IMG/VR virus record: IMGVR_UViG_3300016662_000029 | Location: 1 to 27,767 of that record | Reading direction: 5' to 3' (one strand) | DNA length: 27,767 nucleotides | Origin: a virus | Taxonomy: Duplodnaviria > Caudoviricetes | Shown: positions 25,133-27,767 of the stretch, one piece after another | How the letters are laid out: the number at the start of each line of letters is the position of its first letter | Position numbering within the stretch: position 1 is the stretch's first letter | Notes under the pieces: generated by a model | What the model was told of the DNA's origin: nothing | The model's input: the letters and a program-made list of their open reading frames with translations, nothing else | Databases searched by the model: none | Program-made: the position numbers and the translations under genes

Positions 25133-25519
25133 ATGCCTGAGCCCACCACAACCGCAGCAGCCACCCTTGTGGCCGCCACTGCACCGGACCCGGCACCAGC
25201 CGGTGATCCGCCACCCTACGCCGGCCCTGAGCGGCGCCGTTCCGTGCGCGATTGGCAGGACTCTGTCGAGCGGAGATTCTCCGAGGGCTCGGAGACCATG
25301 CGCAAGCTCCAGGCAGGCCTCGACGAAAACACCGCTGCCACTATGCGCACCGAGGCCAACACAGCCGAGCTGGTGAGCGTGTTCCAGTCGTTCAAGGGGG
25401 CCTTCCAGGTCTTCAATATGATCGGCGCCGCTGCCAAGCCTCTGGGCTACATCGTCATGTGCGCCTCGGCGATCTGGGGCGCCATCATCGTGTTCAAGAC
25501 TGGTGGAGGCCACCGATGA
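25133..25519 (+). CDS. Putative holin (coiled coil plus C-terminal transmembrane segment)
   Basis: Immediately upstream of and overlapping the endolysin; hydrophobic LGYIVMCASAIWGAIIVF. Confidence 0.6.
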   Translation: MPEPTTTAAATLVAATAPDPAPAGDPPPYAGPERRRSVRDWQDSVERRFSEGSETMRKLQAGLDENTAATMRTEANTAELVSVFQSFKGAFQVFNMIGAAAKPLGYIVMCASAIWGAIIVFKTGGGHR

Positions 25520-25989
25520 TCGACAAGCGCAAACTGGTCATCGTGGCCCTGGCCACAGCCATCGCAGCACCTGCGGAAGGTCTACGCACCAAGGCCTACC
25601 GCGACCCAGTGGGTATCCCCACGATCTGCTTCGGCAGCACGAAGGGCGTAAAGATGAGCCAGGAGGCCACGCCTGAGCAGTGCAATCAGCTCCTATCGGC
25701 CGAGATGCTGGAAAGCGTCGACCAGGTGGACCGGTGCGTGCCAGGCCTGCCGCCGCATGTCGCTGCGGCGTTTGCCGATGCCGCCTACAACCTGGGCCCG
25801 ACCATCGTCTGCGACCGCAACCGGTCCACGGCCGCCAGGCTGCTGGCCAGTGGCCGTTTGGTCGAGGCCTGCCGCGAGCTGCCCAAGTGGGATAAGGCTC
25901 GGGTCGCCGGCGTGCTGGTGTCATTGCCTGGGCTGACAAAGCGCCGGGCTGCTGAGATGGATCTCTGCCTCAACGGGGGCTCAGCATGA
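25516..25989 (+). CDS. SAR endolysin, GH24 lysozyme
   Basis: GGAGG RBS, N-terminal KRKLVIVALATAIAA SAR-like segment, catalytic E-x8-D-x5-T (EGLRTKAYRDPVGIPT), and GLTKRRAAE. Confidence 0.92.
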   Translation: MIDKRKLVIVALATAIAAPAEGLRTKAYRDPVGIPTICFGSTKGVKMSQEATPEQCNQLLSAEMLESVDQVDRCVPGLPPHVAAAFADAAYNLGPTIVCDRNRSTAARLLASGRLVEACRELPKWDKARVAGVLVSLPGLTKRRAAEMDLCLNGGSA

Positions 25990-26438
25990 ATCTCACCCTG
26001 ATCGCCGCCGCCATCTCCGCCGCCCTGGCCGCCGCCGGCACCTGGGCATTCGAGGATGCCCGCCACCGGGCTGAGCTGGGCGAGATCCGCCTGGAGCATT
26101 CCACTGCTGCGCTGCGGGCCCAGACCCAGGCCAGGGCCGCCGAGCAATCCATCACCCGTCGATACCAGGAGGCCCTGAATGCAGCCCAAACCCGCCAGGC
26201 GCAGCTGCGCACCGATGCTGACAGCGCTCGCGCTGAGTCTGACCGCCTGCGCGAGCAATCCGCCGATGCCGCCCGTCGAATCGCCGCGGCTCCCACCGCC
26301 GCCGTCGCTGAGTACGCCTCTACCGTCGGTGAGCTACTCGCTGACTGCAGCCGGCGATATCAAGGCCTGGCGGCTGCAGCTGATGGGCACGCGAGTGATG
26401 TCCGGACCCTGATCGAAGCATGGCCTGGAAGCCACTGA
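25986..26438 (+). CDS. Rz: i-spanin (Rz-like)
   Basis: N-terminal transmembrane segment followed by an Ala/Arg coiled coil; follows the endolysin. Confidence 0.85.
   Translation: MNLTLIAAAISAALAAAGTWAFEDARHRAELGEIRLEHSTAALRAQTQARAAEQSITRRYQEALNAAQTRQAQLRTDADSARAESDRLREQSADAARRIAAAPTAAVAEYASTVGELLADCSRRYQGLAAAADGHASDVRTLIEAWPGSH
26179..26412 (+). CDS. Rz1: o-spanin lipoprotein (Rz1-like), embedded in Rz in the +1 frame
   Basis: AGGAGG RBS at 26167-26172, lipobox LTAC, Pro-rich mature part. Confidence 0.85.
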   Translation: MQPKPARRSCAPMLTALALSLTACASNPPMPPVESPRLPPPPSLSTPLPSVSYSLTAAGDIKAWRLQLMGTRVMSGP

Positions 26439-26560
26439 AAGACGATGAGCCGGTGCGCACCCGCCGGCAGGTCAAGCGAGCGGCTCAGCGCCAGGCCGCG
26501 CTGCCGCCGCCGAGGGACTATCCTGAGCGGGAGGTGCCGCCGTGGAAGCCGCAGGGGTAA
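26420..26560 (+). CDS. Possible 46-aa hypothetical protein (not in the ORF track)
   Basis: MAWKPLKDDEPVRTRRQVKRAAQRQAALPPPRDYPEREVPPWKPQG*. It overlaps the end of Rz and its stop abuts the stop of the convergent gene. Confidence 0.4.
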   Translation: MAWKPLKDDEPVRTRRQVKRAAQRQAALPPPRDYPEREVPPWKPQG

Positions 26561-26944
26561 TCATTCCGGGCAATCATCCTCCTCCGGCGAGAATCCGGGA
26601 ATCGTGTTCACCCTGACCCGGCCCAGCAGCTCCAGCGCCACCGCTTCATCCCAAACGCAGAGCCAGCTTTGCCTGTACTTAGTCGGCTTGCCGCGCGACA
26701 CACGGGACACCAACTCCATTCCGACTATGTGCATGGCCTCGCCTCGGATCTGGCTGACCTCGGCGTATTCCAGACACTGGATGAGGTCCTGGCCGTCTGG
26801 GCCGAGCAGCCGGGCCTGCATCCTCCTGCCCTCGGTTGTGGCCGGAGTCAGCAGCAGATCACCCCGGATGCCGACCCTCAACGCTGGGTCTGAGCCGGCG
26901 ATGCGCTGGCCGGCGTGGCGGATGCGATAGACGATTGTTTGCAC
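26561..26944 (-). CDS. SOS (LexA)-regulated hypothetical phage protein, 127 aa
   Basis: GTG start at 26944 overlaps the LexA box. Sequence MQTIVYRIRHAGQR..YRQSWLC.. with an acidic tail. Confidence 0.7.
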   Translation of the reverse strand: MQTIVYRIRHAGQRIAGSDPALRVGIRGDLLLTPATTEGRRMQARLLGPDGQDLIQCLEYAEVSQIRGEAMHIVGMELVSRVSRGKPTKYRQSWLCVWDEAVALELLGRVRVNTIPGFSPEEDDCPE

Positions 26945-26959
26945 TGTATATTTATACAG
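26944..26959. promoter_or_regulatory. LexA binding site (SOS box) CTGTATATTTATACAG
   Basis: One mismatch to the Gamma/Betaproteobacterial consensus CTGTATATATATACAG; dyad symmetry extends to 26943-26960. Confidence 0.9.
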
Positions 26960-26973
26960 TAATAGCTGAAATG

Positions 26974-27098
26974 CCAGGGATAAATCCAGGGAAGAACACC
27001 ATAAACACTCATAAGCCAAGATCAATAAAAATCATTGAAATCAACAACTTAGCTAATGTCTGGTTATTGGTGTTTATGCTGTTATGGGCAGCCTGCCC
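26974..27098. other. Putative attR region (integrase arm and core sites)
   Basis: AT-rich. Direct repeat CCAGGGA at 26974 and 26986, inverted repeat CATAAACAC (27000) / GTGTTTATG (27070), and an abrupt switch to GC-rich host coding sequence at about 27084. Confidence 0.65.
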
Positions 27099-27767
27099 AC
27101 CTCGATCGGGCTGCGAAACTCGCTCTCCAATGCCTACAGTGCCCGCACGCCTGCCTTCGGCTTTGTGCCTGCTGCCAACGGGCAGGGAGTGATCGCCCGT
27201 GGCGGCCTGTTCTGGGACGGGCGCGCCGACACCCTGGCCCAGCAGGCCTTGGGGCCGTTTCTGGAGCCTTCCGAGATGAACAACCCCAACGCGGGCACTG
27301 TGGTGCAGGCCGTGGCCCAGGCCAGTTATGCGCCGGCCTTCCTGGCACAGTTCGGCAATTCGGTGTTCAGCACCCCGGCCCAGGCTTTTGCCGCCATCGG
27401 GCAGGCCCTGCAGGCCTTCGAGCAATCGCAGCTGCTGCAGCCCTTCACCTCCAAATACGACGCGGTGGTGCGGCAACAAGCCAGCTTCACCTCGGCCGAA
27501 CAGCGAGGCCTCAACCTGTTTCTGGACCGCCAGCGTGGCAATTGCGCAGGCTGCCATCGGGCCAACCCCGCGACCGGCAATCCGCTGGATTCCCCCTTCA
27601 CCGATTTCAGCTACATGGCCACCGGCGTGCCGCGCAATCCGGCCATCCCGGCCAATGCCAACCCGGCGTTCTTCGATCTGGGTTTGTGCGGCCCCAAGCG
27701 TGCCACCCCCACGCCACCGGTCGGTGTGGATGCGGCCAGCCTCTGTGGCAAATTCCGCATGCCTTCG
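27084..27767 (+). pseudogene. 3' portion of a di-heme cytochrome c peroxidase (bCcP/MauG family) gene, interrupted by the prophage; runs off the window
   Basis: Frame from 27084 reads GLRN..GGLFWDGRADTLAQQALGPFLEPSEMNN..SKYD..EQRGLNLF..GNCAGCH..FTDFSY..GKFRMPS. An in-frame TAA at 27054 means the signal peptide and first CxxCH are missing. Confidence 0.85.

Larger units (their letters stand above)
1..27085. mobile_element. HK97/phiE125-like siphoviral prophage (left arm and integrase outside window; right end near 27,085)
   Basis: Continuous lambdoid gene order (immunity, replication, packaging, head, tail, lysis), ending in an AT-rich att-like segment followed abruptly by a truncated host gene. 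Confidence 0.95.

Noticed and set aside
27040-27098. Possible dif site or tRNA 3' end as the attachment core
   Set aside because: No match to the XerD arm TTATGTTAAAT and no tRNA T-loop/CCA pattern; the junction is in a protein-coding gene.
1-27767. CRISPR array, tRNA/rRNA genes, IS elements
   Set aside because: No repeat-spacer pattern, cloverleaf or transposase motifs seen.

Overview
Most of the window (1 to about 27,085) is the central and right part of an HK97/phiE125-like siphoviral prophage in a GC-rich host. The host is probably Betaproteobacteria/Burkholderiales, inferred from codon style and the CTG-N10-CAG SOS box. Gene order: lipoprotein, cI and cro switch, cII-like gene, replication initiator with internal iterons, DnaB helicase, Q-like late regulator with a promoter/terminator pair, HNH nuclease, cos region, TerS/TerL, portal, protease, capsid, head-tail genes, tail tube, frameshifting tail chaperones, tape measure, an unusually small tail-tip module, an 858-aa putative polysaccharide-lyase-like protein, holin/SAR endolysin/Rz/Rz1, and a small gene with a LexA box. 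The right attachment region abuts the 3' part of a di-heme cytochrome c peroxidase (bCcP/MauG family) gene that lacks its N-terminus, so the prophage appears to have integrated inside that gene. The repressor has no visible self-cleavage domain and an SOS-boxed gene sits next to attR. Together these suggest a possible stress-triggered excision switch that would restore a peroxidase. The integrase and left arm lie outside the window. All family assignments are from motif recognition, not database searches.
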